Source of the DNA: Escherichia coli
Lineage (GTDB): Bacteria > Pseudomonadota > Gammaproteobacteria > Enterobacterales > Enterobacteriaceae
Strand: one strand, 5' to 3'
Assembly: GCF_036507355.1 (NCBI RefSeq)
Contig: NZ_AP027877.1
Length of the DNA stretch: 64,000 nucleotides
The position numbers and the translations under genes were made by a program. Below, piece by piece: positions 12,401-24,919 of this stretch; positions within the stretch are counted from its first letter, which is position 1; each line of letters starts with the position of its first letter. The notes under the pieces were generated by a model. It searched no databases and was not told where the DNA came from. It saw only the letters and a program-made list of their open reading frames with translations.

Positions 12401-14635
12401 ATGGTTGCGGTAAGAAGTGCACATATCAATAAGGCTGGTGAATTTGATCCGGAAAAATGGATCGCAAGTCTGGGTATTACCAGCCAGAAGTCGTGTGAGT
12501 GCTTAGCCGAAACCTGGGCGTATTGTCTGCAACAGACGCAGGGGCATCCGGATGCCAGTCTGTTATTGTGGCGTGGTGTTGAGATGGTGGAGATCCTCTC
12601 GACATTAAGTATGGACATTGACACGCTGCGGGCGGCGCTGTTGTTCCCTCTGGCTGATGCCAACGTGGTCAGCGAAGATGTGCTGCGTGAGAGCGTCGGT
12701 AAGTCGGTCGTTAACCTTATTCACGGCGTGCGTGATATGGCGGCGATCCGCCAGCTGAAAGCGACGCACACTGATTCTGTTTCCTCCGAACAGGTCGATA
12801 ACGTTCGCCGGATGTTATTGGCGATGGTCGATGATTTTCGCTGCGTGGTCATCAAACTGGCGGAGCGTATTGCTCATCTGCGTGAAGTAAAAGATGCGCC
12901 GGAAGATGAACGCGTACTGGCGGCAAAAGAGTGCACTAATATCTACGCGCCGCTGGCGAACCGTCTTGGGATTGGGCAACTGAAATGGGAGCTGGAAGAT
13001 TACTGCTTCCGTTATCTCCACCCGACCGAATATAAACGCATCGCAAAACTGTTGCATGAACGCCGTCTCGACCGCGAACACTATATCGAAGAGTTTGTCG
13101 GCCATCTGCGCGCTGAGATGAAAGCTGAAGGCGTTAAAGCTGAAGTGTATGGTCGTCCGAAACACATCTACAGCATCTGGCGCAAAATGCAGAAAAAGAA
13201 TCTCGCCTTCGATGAGCTGTTTGATGTGCGTGCGGTACGTATTGTCGCCGAGCGTTTACAGGATTGTTATGCCGCACTGGGGATAGTGCACACTCACTAT
13301 CGCCACCTGCCGGATGAGTTTGACGATTATGTCGCTAACCCGAAACCAAACGGTTATCAGTCTATTCATACCGTGGTTCTGGGGCCGGGTGGAAAAACCG
13401 TTGAGATCCAAATCCGCACCAAACAGATGCATGAAGATGCAGAGTTGGGTGTTGCTGCGCACTGGAAATATAAAGAGGGCGCGGCTGCTGGCGGCGCACG
13501 TTCGGGACATGAAGACCGGATTGCCTGGCTGCGTAAACTGATTGCGTGGCAGGAAGAGATGGCTGATTCCGGCGAAATGCTCGACGAAGTACGTAGTCAG
13601 GTGTTTGACGACCGGGTGTATGTCTTTACGCCGAAAGGTGATGTCGTTGATTTACCTGCGGGATCAACGCCGCTGGACTTCGCTTACCACATCCACAGTG
13701 ATGTCGGACACCGCTGTATCGGGGCAAAAATTGGCGGGCGCATTGTGCCGTTCACCTACCAGCTGCAAATGGGCGACCAGATTGAAATTATCACCCAGAA
13801 ACAGCCGAACCCCAGCCGTGACTGGTTAAACCCAAACCTCGGTTACGTCACAACCAGCCGTGGGCGTTCGAAAATTCACGCCTGGTTCCGTAAACAGGAC
13901 CGTGACAAAAACATTCTGGCTGGGCGGCAAATCCTTGACGACGAGCTGGAACATCTGGGGATCAGCCTGAAAGAAGCAGAAAAACATCTGCTGCCGCGTT
14001 ACAACTTCAATGATGTCGACGAGTTGCTGGCGGCGATTGGTGGAGGGGATATCCGTCTCAATCAGATGGTGAACTTCCTGCAATCGCAATTTAATAAGCC
14101 GAGTGCCGAAGAGCAGGACGCCGCCGCGCTGAAGCAACTTCAGCAAAAAAGCTACACGCCGCAAAACCGCAGTAAAGATAACGGTCGTGTGGTGGTTGAA
14201 GGTGTCGGTAACCTGATGCACCACATCGCGCGCTGCTGCCAGCCGATTCCTGGAGATGAGATTGTCGGCTTCATTACCCAAGGACGCGGTATTTCAGTAC
14301 ACCGCGCCGATTGCGAACAACTGGCGGAACTGCGCTCCCATGCGCCAGAACGCATTGTTGACGCGGTATGGGGCGAGAGCTACTCCGCCGGATATTCGCT
14401 GGTGGTCCGCGTGGTGGCTAATGATCGTAGTGGGTTGTTACGTGATATCACGACCATTCTCGCCAATGAGAAAGTGAACGTGCTTGGCGTTGCCAGCCGT
14501 AGCGACACCAAACAGCAACTGGCGACCATCGACATGACCATTGAGATTTACAACCTGCAGGTGCTGGGTCGCGTGCTGGGTAAACTCAACCAGGTGCCGG
14601 ATGTTATCGACGCGCGTCGGTTGCACGGCAGTTAG
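12401..14635 (+). CDS. relA: GTP pyrophosphokinase RelA
   Basis: 744-aa ORF. Confidence 0.95.
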   Translation: MVAVRSAHINKAGEFDPEKWIASLGITSQKSCECLAETWAYCLQQTQGHPDASLLLWRGVEMVEILSTLSMDIDTLRAALLFPLADANVVSEDVLRESVGKSVVNLIHGVRDMAAIRQLKATHTDSVSSEQVDNVRRMLLAMVDDFRCVVIKLAERIAHLREVKDAPEDERVLAAKECTNIYAPLANRLGIGQLKWELEDYCFRYLHPTEYKRIAKLLHERRLDREHYIEEFVGHLRAEMKAEGVKAEVYGRPKHIYSIWRKMQKKNLAFDELFDVRAVRIVAERLQDCYAALGIVHTHYRHLPDEFDDYVANPKPNGYQSIHTVVLGPGGKTVEIQIRTKQMHEDAELGVAAHWKYKEGAAAGGARSGHEDRIAWLRKLIAWQEEMADSGEMLDEVRSQVFDDRVYVFTPKGDVVDLPAGSTPLDFAYHIHSDVGHRCIGAKIGGRIVPFTYQLQMGDQIEIITQKQPNPSRDWLNPNLGYVTTSRGRSKIHAWFRKQDRDKNILAGRQILDDELEHLGISLKEAEKHLLPRYNFNDVDELLAAIGGGDIRLNQMVNFLQSQFNKPSAEEQDAAALKQLQQKSYTPQNRSKDNGRVVVEGVGNLMHHIARCCQPIPGDEIVGFITQGRGISVHRADCEQLAELRSHAPERIVDAVWGESYSAGYSLVVRVVANDRSGLLRDITTILANEKVNVLGVASRSDTKQQLATIDMTIEIYNLQVLGRVLGKLNQVPDVIDARRLHGS

Positions 14636-14650
14636 GCAGAAATTTGCTCG

Positions 14651-14695
14651 TATCTACAATGTAGATTGATATATACTGTATCTACATATGATAGC
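14651..14695. promoter_or_regulatory. mazEF promoter-operator with alternating palindrome
   Basis: tatctacaatgtagattgatatatactgtatctacatatgata immediately upstream of mazE. Confidence 0.6.
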
Positions 14696-14712
14696 GGTTT
14701 GAGGAAAGGGTT

Positions 14713-14961
14713 ATGATCCACAGTAGCGTAAAGCGTTGGGGAAATTCACCGGCGGTGCGGATCCCGGCTACGTTAATGCAGGCGCTCAATCTGAATATTG
14801 ATGATGAAGTGAAGATTGACCTGGTGGATGGCAAATTAATTATTGAGCCAGTGCGTAAAGAGCCCGTATTTACGCTTGCTGAACTGGTCAACGACATCAC
14901 GCCGGAAAACCTCCACGAGAATATCGACTGGGGAGAGCCGAAAGATAAGGAAGTCTGGTAA
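14713..14961 (+). CDS. mazE: Antitoxin MazE
   Basis: 82-aa ORF; TAATG overlap with mazF. Confidence 0.95.
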
Positions 14962-15296
14962 TGGTAAGCCGATACGTACCCGATATGGGCGATCTGATTT
15001 GGGTTGATTTTGACCCGACAAAAGGTAGCGAGCAAGCCGGACATCGTCCGGCTGTTGTCCTGAGTCCGTTCATGTACAACAACAAAACAGGTATGTGTCT
15101 GTGTGTTCCTTGTACAACGCAATCAAAAGGATATCCGTTCGAAGTTGTTTTATCCGGTCAGGAACGTGATGGCGTAGCGTTAGCTGATCAGGTAAAAAGT
15201 ATCGCCTGGCGGGCAAGAGGAGCAACGAAGAAAGGAACGGTTGCCCCAGAGGAATTACAACTCATTAAAGCCAAAATTAACGTACTGATTGGGTAG
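14961..15296 (+). CDS. mazF: mRNA interferase toxin MazF
   Basis: 111-aa ORF. Confidence 0.95.
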   Translation: MVSRYVPDMGDLIWVDFDPTKGSEQAGHRPAVVLSPFMYNNKTGMCLCVPCTTQSKGYPFEVVLSGQERDGVALADQVKSIAWRARGATKKGTVAPEELQLIKAKINVLIG

Positions 15297-15367
15297 GTGT
15301 TACTAACTCACTTCTATTCTGGTCACAGGTTTCCACCTGACAGACCCGCAATTTTCAGGACATTCTA

Positions 15368-16159
15368 ATGAATCAAATCGACCGTTTGCTCACTATTATG
15401 CAGCGCCTGCGCGACCCGGAAAACGGCTGCCCGTGGGATAAAGAGCAGACATTTTCTTCTATTGCGCCTTACACCCTTGAAGAAACCTACGAGGTGCTGG
15501 ACGCTATTGCCCGCGAAGACTTTGACGATCTGCGCGGTGAACTCGGCGATCTGCTGTTCCAGGTGGTGTTTTACGCACAAATGGCCCAGGAAGAAGGGCG
15601 CTTTGATTTTAATGATATTTGCGCCGCGATTAGCGATAAATTAGAACGCCGTCATCCACATGTTTTTGCTGACGGTTCTGCCGGAAACAGCCGCGAAGTT
15701 CTCGCCCGTTGGGAGGAGATCAAAACCGAAGAGCGCGCGCAGAAAGCGCAGCATTCGGCGCTGGACGATATTCCTCGTAGTTTACCCGCCTTAATGCGTG
15801 CGCAAAAAATCCAGAAACGTTGCGCCAACGTTGGCTTCGATTGGACGACGCTTGGTCCGGTAGTCGATAAAGTCTACGAAGAGATCGACGAGGTGATGTA
15901 CGAAGCGCGGCAGGCTGTTGTCGACCAGGCTAAACTGGAGGAGGAAATGGGGGACCTGCTGTTTGCCACGGTCAATCTGGCTCGTCATTTAGGGACAAAA
16001 GCGGAAATCGCATTGCAAAAAGCGAACGAAAAATTCGAGCGTCGTTTTCGCGAAGTGGAGCGTATTGTTGCCGCGCGTGGACTGGAAATGACAGGTGTTG
16101 ACCTCGAAACAATGGAAGAAGTCTGGCAACAGGTAAAACGGCAGGAAATTGATCTCTAA
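15368..16159 (+). CDS. mazG: Nucleoside triphosphate pyrophosphohydrolase MazG
   Basis: 263-aa ORF. Confidence 0.9.
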   Translation: MNQIDRLLTIMQRLRDPENGCPWDKEQTFSSIAPYTLEETYEVLDAIAREDFDDLRGELGDLLFQVVFYAQMAQEEGRFDFNDICAAISDKLERRHPHVFADGSAGNSREVLARWEEIKTEERAQKAQHSALDDIPRSLPALMRAQKIQKRCANVGFDWTTLGPVVDKVYEEIDEVMYEARQAVVDQAKLEEEMGDLLFATVNLARHLGTKAEIALQKANEKFERRFREVERIVAARGLEMTGVDLETMEEVWQQVKRQEIDL

Positions 16160-16371
16160 GGGAATTACGCGGTCAAGCGCCATTTGTGTCATTTTTTAAA
16201 TGACAAGCGCTTGATTTGCGTCAAAAACATTTACCCCAAAGGGGCTATTTTCTCACTCCTGATTTCAATAGTGCGCTGGCGAAGAGGAGGGATAATGAAA
16301 GTTTGTGGCACAGGTCATGTTCGGGTATACTGCTTTCCCGTCCTGGTTATTCCATCGTCTTTTCAACCTAA

Positions 16372-18024
<1,653 letters not shown>

Positions 18025-18096
18025 GTAAAAAAGTTAGAACGGCAACGCGTACCCTGGGTACGCGTTGTTTGTCTGGAGTTTCAGTTTAACTAGTGA

Positions 18097-19410
<1,314 letters not shown>

Positions 19411-19430
19411 GACTGACTTAACGTCTTAAT

Positions 19431-19461
19431 AAAAAACCCGCTTCTTGAAGCGGGTTTTTTT
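19431..19461 (+). terminator. Rho-independent terminator after eno
   Basis: aaaaaacccgcttcttgaagcgggttttttt. Confidence 0.8.
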
Positions 19462-19465
19462 ATCT

Positions 19466-19828
19466 TCACATTTTGAGTTCAGTAAGCAGAGCGATAACAT
19501 TAATAAATGTTATTCCCACCAGGATAAGTATCCGAACAATTTTTCTGCTATTCCTTACATTGCTGACAAAATCATTATGAGAAATATTGGATGAATATTT
19601 TCGTTGATGGACTTTATAATCCCAAAGAAGATCATTTGCCTCAGGTATTGGGTTAATCAGACTGTAGATGCAAAAGTATACAAACGTATCTAAAGCAAGC
19701 AGTGATGTTATCAGTTGAAATAATTCATCGCCCTGGAAGGCTTTATTAAGCCAAATCATTCCAGCAGCACCGAATAAGCCAAATACAAATTTACTTAATC
19801 GCGGATGATTCGCTAAAATCTTACTCAT
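19466..19828 (-). CDS. Hypothetical small membrane protein (about 3 hydrophobic segments), AT-rich, no recognisable family
   Basis: 120-aa ORF in track; GC visibly below neighbours; function not inferable. Confidence 0.45.
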   Translation of the reverse strand: MSKILANHPRLSKFVFGLFGAAGMIWLNKAFQGDELFQLITSLLALDTFVYFCIYSLINPIPEANDLLWDYKVHQRKYSSNISHNDFVSNVRNSRKIVRILILVGITFINVIALLTELKM

Positions 19829-19863
19829 ATTTTCTTACCTTCCCTGTAATCTGTTTTTAAGTC

Positions 19864-20766
19864 TTACCATCTTCCTGACGCGCCGCCACCGCCGGATGAA
19901 CCGCCGCCACCGCTGAAATTGTCATTGTCGAAAGAGGATGAAGAGGAAGAAGACGATGACGAATGCCAGGAGGCCGAGTTGCTTCTTTCGTAGCGTGACG
20001 GTCGGTTTGCACTACGCATTGAATCACGCACCTTTCTGCCGAAAGGTGTGAAAGCGATAGCTACGACCAGGAATGGAGTGGCGAAACATAATAATGTGGC
20101 AAGAATTCCCCAGCTCCCGCTATATCCAGCGATGGGAAGTACAAAGGCCAGTATTATGGCAGCAAAGCAAATCACTCCCAGCGTTTTGATATATCCTCTG
20201 GCAGAAATAAACGTCAGTACTATCGCCCAGACTAACAGAGCCCACCAACCGCTAAAGGGTAAAGGATGATCGGGCGATGTATTATTGACTAAATCATTTC
20301 CTGATAGTCGGGTTTCAATATCACCAATACCTTGTTGCAAGCCGACAGCAAGGTCGCCCTTTTTAAACGCTGGAATAATACTGTTGCGTATAATTTGCCC
20401 GGACTGCGCATCCGTCAGAATACCCTCAAGTCCGTAGCCAATTTCAATATGTACTGTATGATCTTGCTAGGCAACTACCAGTAAAATACCGTCATCAAGA
20501 TTCTTATGACCGGGCTGCCAACGCTCGAATACCCGCGTTGCGTACTGCTCGATGGTTTCGTCGCCTGTTGTATCAACCACTAACACGACCAACTGTGCGT
20601 GTTTTTTTTGTGTCAGGGCTTTAATCTGGTTGGTCAGGGTGTTTACTTCGCTGTTTGTTAATGTGCCGGTTAAGTCATTCACATACTTGGGTGATTCAGG
20701 TACTGGAATTTGTGTGGCAAACACAGATGAACAGAAGAAAGCCGTAAGGAAGATAAAATTTCGCAT
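19864..20766 (-). pseudogene. ygcG: TPM-domain protein YgcG homolog, interrupted by one in-frame TAG at 20467-20469
   Basis: Track ORFs 20467-20796 and 19864-20340 share a frame; translation through the stop continues the TPM domain (…LLVVA*QDHTVHIEIGYGLEG…); signal peptide start MRNFIF, Gly/Ser-rich C-tail. Confidence 0.7.
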
Positions 20767-20779
20767 AGAACTTCCCCGC

Positions 20780-21400
20780 TTAATGAGCATTAGCATTCTG
20801 GCTAAAATCTATTGTTGGGGCTTTACTTACTGCGGCGACATCATCCGGCAAATAATTTTTCTTTGGTGTGTAATCCATGACCTTTGCGGTTAATACAGCG
20901 GGGAATTTGCGGATAGTGACATTATATTGTTCAATGGCTTTAATATATCTTCCTCGCGCAACGGCAATTCTATTCTCACTTCCTTCGAGCTGTACCATTA
21001 AGTTTTGATAGAGCTCTTGAGCCTTTAACTCAGGGTAACGCTCACTAATTATCGTTAACTGACCGAGAGTGCGAGTCACCTGCGCCTGGGCCTGTTGCCA
21101 GGCTTGTAATTTTTGTGCATCTCCGGGAGCTTGCTGAAGATCGCTGCTGGCGCGATTAGCCTGGCTACGAGCCAATGTTACGGCTTCCAAAACGTCTTTT
21201 TCATGGTTGGAATAACCTTTAATACTGGCGACAAGATTAGGAATAAGATCGGCGCGACGTTGATATTGATTTAATACCTCAGACCAGGAGGCGTTAACCT
21301 GCTCATCATAGGTTTGAATATCGTTATATCCACAGCCTGATAAATTGAAAATAAATATAATTAAGATGAATATCCTGAGCATGTTTAAATCCTTTTTCAT
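20780..21400 (-). CDS. LemA family protein, probable lipoprotein (alternative start 21382, MLRIF…LSGC lipobox)
   Basis: 206-aa ORF; stop 14 bp upstream of the ygcG start, so the two look co-transcribed; low GC. Confidence 0.7.
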   Translation of the reverse strand: MKKDLNMLRIFILIIFIFNLSGCGYNDIQTYDEQVNASWSEVLNQYQRRADLIPNLVASIKGYSNHEKDVLEAVTLARSQANRASSDLQQAPGDAQKLQAWQQAQAQVTRTLGQLTIISERYPELKAQELYQNLMVQLEGSENRIAVARGRYIKAIEQYNVTIRKFPAVLTAKVMDYTPKKNYLPDDVAAVSKAPTIDFSQNANAH

Positions 21401-21554
21401 TAATTCCTTAAAACATAATACGCCGCTTCATTTTATTCTTTATGATCTAATGCACTTTTTGCCTTAAACCTGCCTGTAACAGAATGTTAATAAGACATGA
21501 TTGTTGCGGCAGGATCTGCAATAATTAACAATTATCCACTTCACAGAGAATGCT

Positions 21555-22226
21555 ATGCAGTACCCGATTAACGAGATGTTCCAGACCCTGCAAGGTGAGG
21601 GTTACTTTACCGGCGTCCCCGCCATTTTTATTCGTTTACAGGGATGCCCGGTTGGCTGTGCCTGGTGCGACACCAAACACACCTGGGAAAAGCTTGAGGA
21701 TCGGGAAGTCTCCCTTTTCAGCATTCTGGCGAAGACCAAAGAGAGTGATAAGTGGGGGGCGGCGAGCAGTGAAGACTTGTTGGCTGTCATTAGTCGCCAG
21801 GGATACACCGCGCGGCATGTGGTGATTACGGGTGGTGAGCCTTGCATTCATGATTTGCTACCACTGACTGATCTGCTCGAAAAGAACGGTTTTAGCTGCC
21901 AGATCGAGACCAGTGGTACTCATGAGGTACGCTGCACACCGAATACCTGGGTTACCGTATCGCCAAAGCTGAACATGCGCGGCGGCTATGAAGTGTTGTC
22001 ACAGGCACTGGAGCGAGCCAACGAAATCAAGCATCCAGTGGGGCGCGTACGCGATATTGAAGCACTGGATGAACTATTGGCAACGCTGACCGATGATAAA
22101 CCGCGAGTCATTGCACTGCAGCCGATTAGCCAAAAGGATGATGCCACACGATTGTGCATTGAAACCTGCATTGCGCGTAATTGGCGTTTGTCGATGCAAA
22201 CACATAAATATCTAAATATTGCCTGA
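21555..22226 (+). CDS. queE: 7-carboxy-7-deazaguanine synthase QueE
   Basis: 223-aa radical-SAM ORF (CxxxCxxC-like cluster). Confidence 0.9.
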   Translation: MQYPINEMFQTLQGEGYFTGVPAIFIRLQGCPVGCAWCDTKHTWEKLEDREVSLFSILAKTKESDKWGAASSEDLLAVISRQGYTARHVVITGGEPCIHDLLPLTDLLEKNGFSCQIETSGTHEVRCTPNTWVTVSPKLNMRGGYEVLSQALERANEIKHPVGRVRDIEALDELLATLTDDKPRVIALQPISQKDDATRLCIETCIARNWRLSMQTHKYLNIA

Positions 22227-22565
22227 TTAAACATTTATAAGCGTTATAAATGGGTGGAACCTGTAAAGACTTCTACTCATTTATATTCTTTGTCGCCTCT
22301 GAAAACTCCTCCATTTTACCCATCCAGGGCTAATCATTAGCATTCTCTACAAATTCTGTGGTGTTAATTTTTTGTTGGAGTGAAAATTATTGCGGTAAAG
22401 TTTGGTAGATTTTAGTTTGTATAGAATTATTTTAAATATTTGCCTTTTTAATCAATGGGTTAAGTGCTCTTTAACATAATGGATGTGTTGTTTGTGTGAT
22501 ACTGTAAAGTTGGTAGATTGTGACTGGCTTAAAAAATCATTAATTAATAATAGGTTATGTTTAGA

Positions 22566-22777
22566 GAGTTCCCCGCGCCAGCGGGGATAAACCGGAGAGA
22601 GTCCAGTATCAATCCCGCGATCCGCAGAGTTCCCCGCGCCAGCGGGGATAAACCGCCGTTGCGGATCTTGAGTAGTGCCACGTCACCGAGTTCCCCGCGC
22701 CAGCGGGGATAAACCGGGTACAAAAGAGGCCCCATTCTGGCAGGGCTCGAGTTCCCCGCGCCAGCGGGGATAAACCA
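22566..22777 (+). CRISPR. Type I-E CRISPR array: 4 repeats of 29 bp (GAGTTCCCCGCGCCAGCGGGGATAAACCG) and 3 spacers of 32 bp, AT-rich leader upstream
   Basis: Repeats at 22566, 22627, 22688 and 22749 (61-bp period); last repeat ends in A; degenerate repeat remnant near 22867-22888. Confidence 0.95.
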
Positions 22778-23244
22778 CCATATAACCCGTTATCTCTTTC
22801 TCAAGTTTTTATATTAGCAGTACTTGTAATAAGCAACATATCCACGTAACACCTCATGTTCAAAATAGTTCCCCATGCCAGATAAGTTCACAATTATCGA
22901 TACAAAAAATTAAATTTAATCAAAGTGTTATTTGTATAATTCTTAAGCCGTTAAGAAATTTTAATCTATTATTTTTTTAATATTAATTAATGCCTGTTAA
23001 TTTTTTCTTTAGTATAACAGTGTATTTTTTAAGCTTGTTATTCATTGATTAAGTAATAAATCTGGAAATTTGTCTTTGTTTTGAGGCTAATGAGTGGTTT
23101 TACATAACCGCCTCTATACGCTGTTGATGAATAGTTCTTATGAATAAAGATATCCAGTTCATACTTTAAGTGAAAATTGATAAAGTGCGATTCGTATTGT
23201 CTTTTATTCTAAAGACATCGAGTGTAGTTAATATTCCTTGTAAA

Positions 23245-23368
23245 AACAGGGATAAACCGAACTAGTTAAAGTTTTTATTATGTTCCCTGCATCAGCGGGG
23301 ATAAACCGGACTTGTTATCATTTTTTAAGTTGTCGAACTTATGTTCCCCGCGCCAGCGGGGATAACCA
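23245..23368 (+). CRISPR. Degenerate, vestigial CRISPR array (2-3 mutated repeats, one 32-bp spacer)
   Basis: Partial repeat ending ggataaaccg at 23259, mutated repeats at 23280-23308 and 23341-23368 flanking a 32-bp spacer. Confidence 0.7.
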
Positions 23369-23414
23369 TTCAGGTATGTTCAGGCCGGGCAGTTTCCCGC
23401 CCGGTTTTCCTCAC

Positions 23415-24893
23415 TTACGCATTCGACCAGCTCTGGATCGAATCCGCATTTCCCAATTCCCCATGCATCACTTCATACGATTTTTTCAGAATCACATCAG
23501 TATGTTTGGTTAGGTCTTTGAAAATGCCTTTATTCATCGCGTCGTAGCGTTTGGCATTGCTCTCAATCGGTATAAAGATATCTTTCACGCGAACCATTTT
23601 ATCGACAGCCGTTGCGTAATCCGGGTATAGCCCCAGACCTACCGCGGTATTAATCGCTGCCCCCAGACTTGCACAACCGTTAATGGCGTTACGTCGTGCC
23701 GGAAGGTTGAACACGTCGGCAAAAATCTGCATAAACAGATCGCTGTTCGAACCGCCGCCAGTAATGATCACATGCTTCGCAAAGTGATTCATTTCATTAC
23801 ACATATTGTCGTAATTGTTCTTCAGCGTCAGCGCCACGCTTTCCAGTATCGAACGATATATCCATGCGTAATCCATGCTGGAATCAAAGCCGATCATAAT
23901 CCCGCGTTTGTACGGTTCCCACGGATTGGTCAGCCAGTCCAGCACCGTCATCAGCCCATTACAGCCAGGTGGCACACTAGAGGCTTTCTTGTTGAGTAAA
24001 TCTTCCGGTGAAAGATCCTGCGCCCTGGCATCCTGAATTAACGACTCGCCCAACATGTCGCGCAGCCAGCTCACCGTCCACATGCCTTTGCGAATACCGT
24101 AACCTTCATACAGCAATGTTTGCGGAATAGAAGACATAATCGGCCAGTACGCCACCGGATCTTTCGGCAAGGCTTTGCCGTTCATCATCAATGCGATGTA
24201 AGTGCCAAGAGAAATTACCGCAGTTTCATCATCCAGTAATCCGGCCCCCAGAGCTTCTACCGGTTTATCACTGGTGGTACAAACAACCGGCAGTCCTGCC
24301 GGGAAATGTGTCGCCAGTGCGGCTTGTGGTGTGATATGTCCGAGGACGGTGCCAGGCATTTGCACATCAAACAGCATATGACGAGGGATATTAAACTTCT
24401 CCATTACCGCAGCATCTTCGCTCCATGCCCAGCTCTTATAATCCACCGGCCACTGACCAAAATAGTTGGCGATATTGTCTTTAAACTCGCCGGTTAAGCG
24501 ATGCGTCAGATAACCCGAAAAAGAGGTGACATATGCCACGTCAGGATTCGTAGGTTCGTAAGGGCGTGTAACGCGTGCATCCTGCCAGCTAATCAATGGC
24601 GCAGCTGGCGTGCCATCGGCTTTCAATAACGCACGGCAGCAACGGATGGATCCCAGACCAATACCGACAATATCTTCTTTATTCCCGGCAAACTGACTCA
24701 TCAAATCGTGACCGGCAAAACATAATGATGCCCATAAATCGTCGTCAGGATGTTCTGCAGTATCGGCATCTGGCGTGTGCATCGGCTGCAATAAACCTTT
24801 GCCTTCGCAAACCACATTACCTTCCAGATCGTACATCACCACTTTTGTGCTCTGACTTCCGCCATCAATCCCTATGATATATTTTTTCGACAT
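23415..24893 (-). CDS. ygcE: FGGY-family carbohydrate kinase YgcE
   Basis: 492-aa ORF. Confidence 0.85.
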   Translation of the reverse strand: MSKKYIIGIDGGSQSTKVVMYDLEGNVVCEGKGLLQPMHTPDADTAEHPDDDLWASLCFAGHDLMSQFAGNKEDIVGIGLGSIRCCRALLKADGTPAAPLISWQDARVTRPYEPTNPDVAYVTSFSGYLTHRLTGEFKDNIANYFGQWPVDYKSWAWSEDAAVMEKFNIPRHMLFDVQMPGTVLGHITPQAALATHFPAGLPVVCTTSDKPVEALGAGLLDDETAVISLGTYIALMMNGKALPKDPVAYWPIMSSIPQTLLYEGYGIRKGMWTVSWLRDMLGESLIQDARAQDLSPEDLLNKKASSVPPGCNGLMTVLDWLTNPWEPYKRGIMIGFDSSMDYAWIYRSILESVALTLKNNYDNMCNEMNHFAKHVIITGGGSNSDLFMQIFADVFNLPARRNAINGCASLGAAINTAVGLGLYPDYATAVDKMVRVKDIFIPIESNAKRYDAMNKGIFKDLTKHTDVILKKSYEVMHGELGNADSIQSWSNA

Positions 24894-24919
24894 GATTTTT
24901 CTCCTGTAATTTTCCTGGC

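Noticed and set aside
14682-15122. 146-aa minus-strand ORF overlapping mazE and mazF
   Set aside because: Antisense to a well-defined toxin-antitoxin pair; no independent support.
22544-22735. 63-aa ORF spanning the CRISPR repeats
   Set aside because: Its frame is created by the repeat units themselves (…SPLARGT…); an array artefact.
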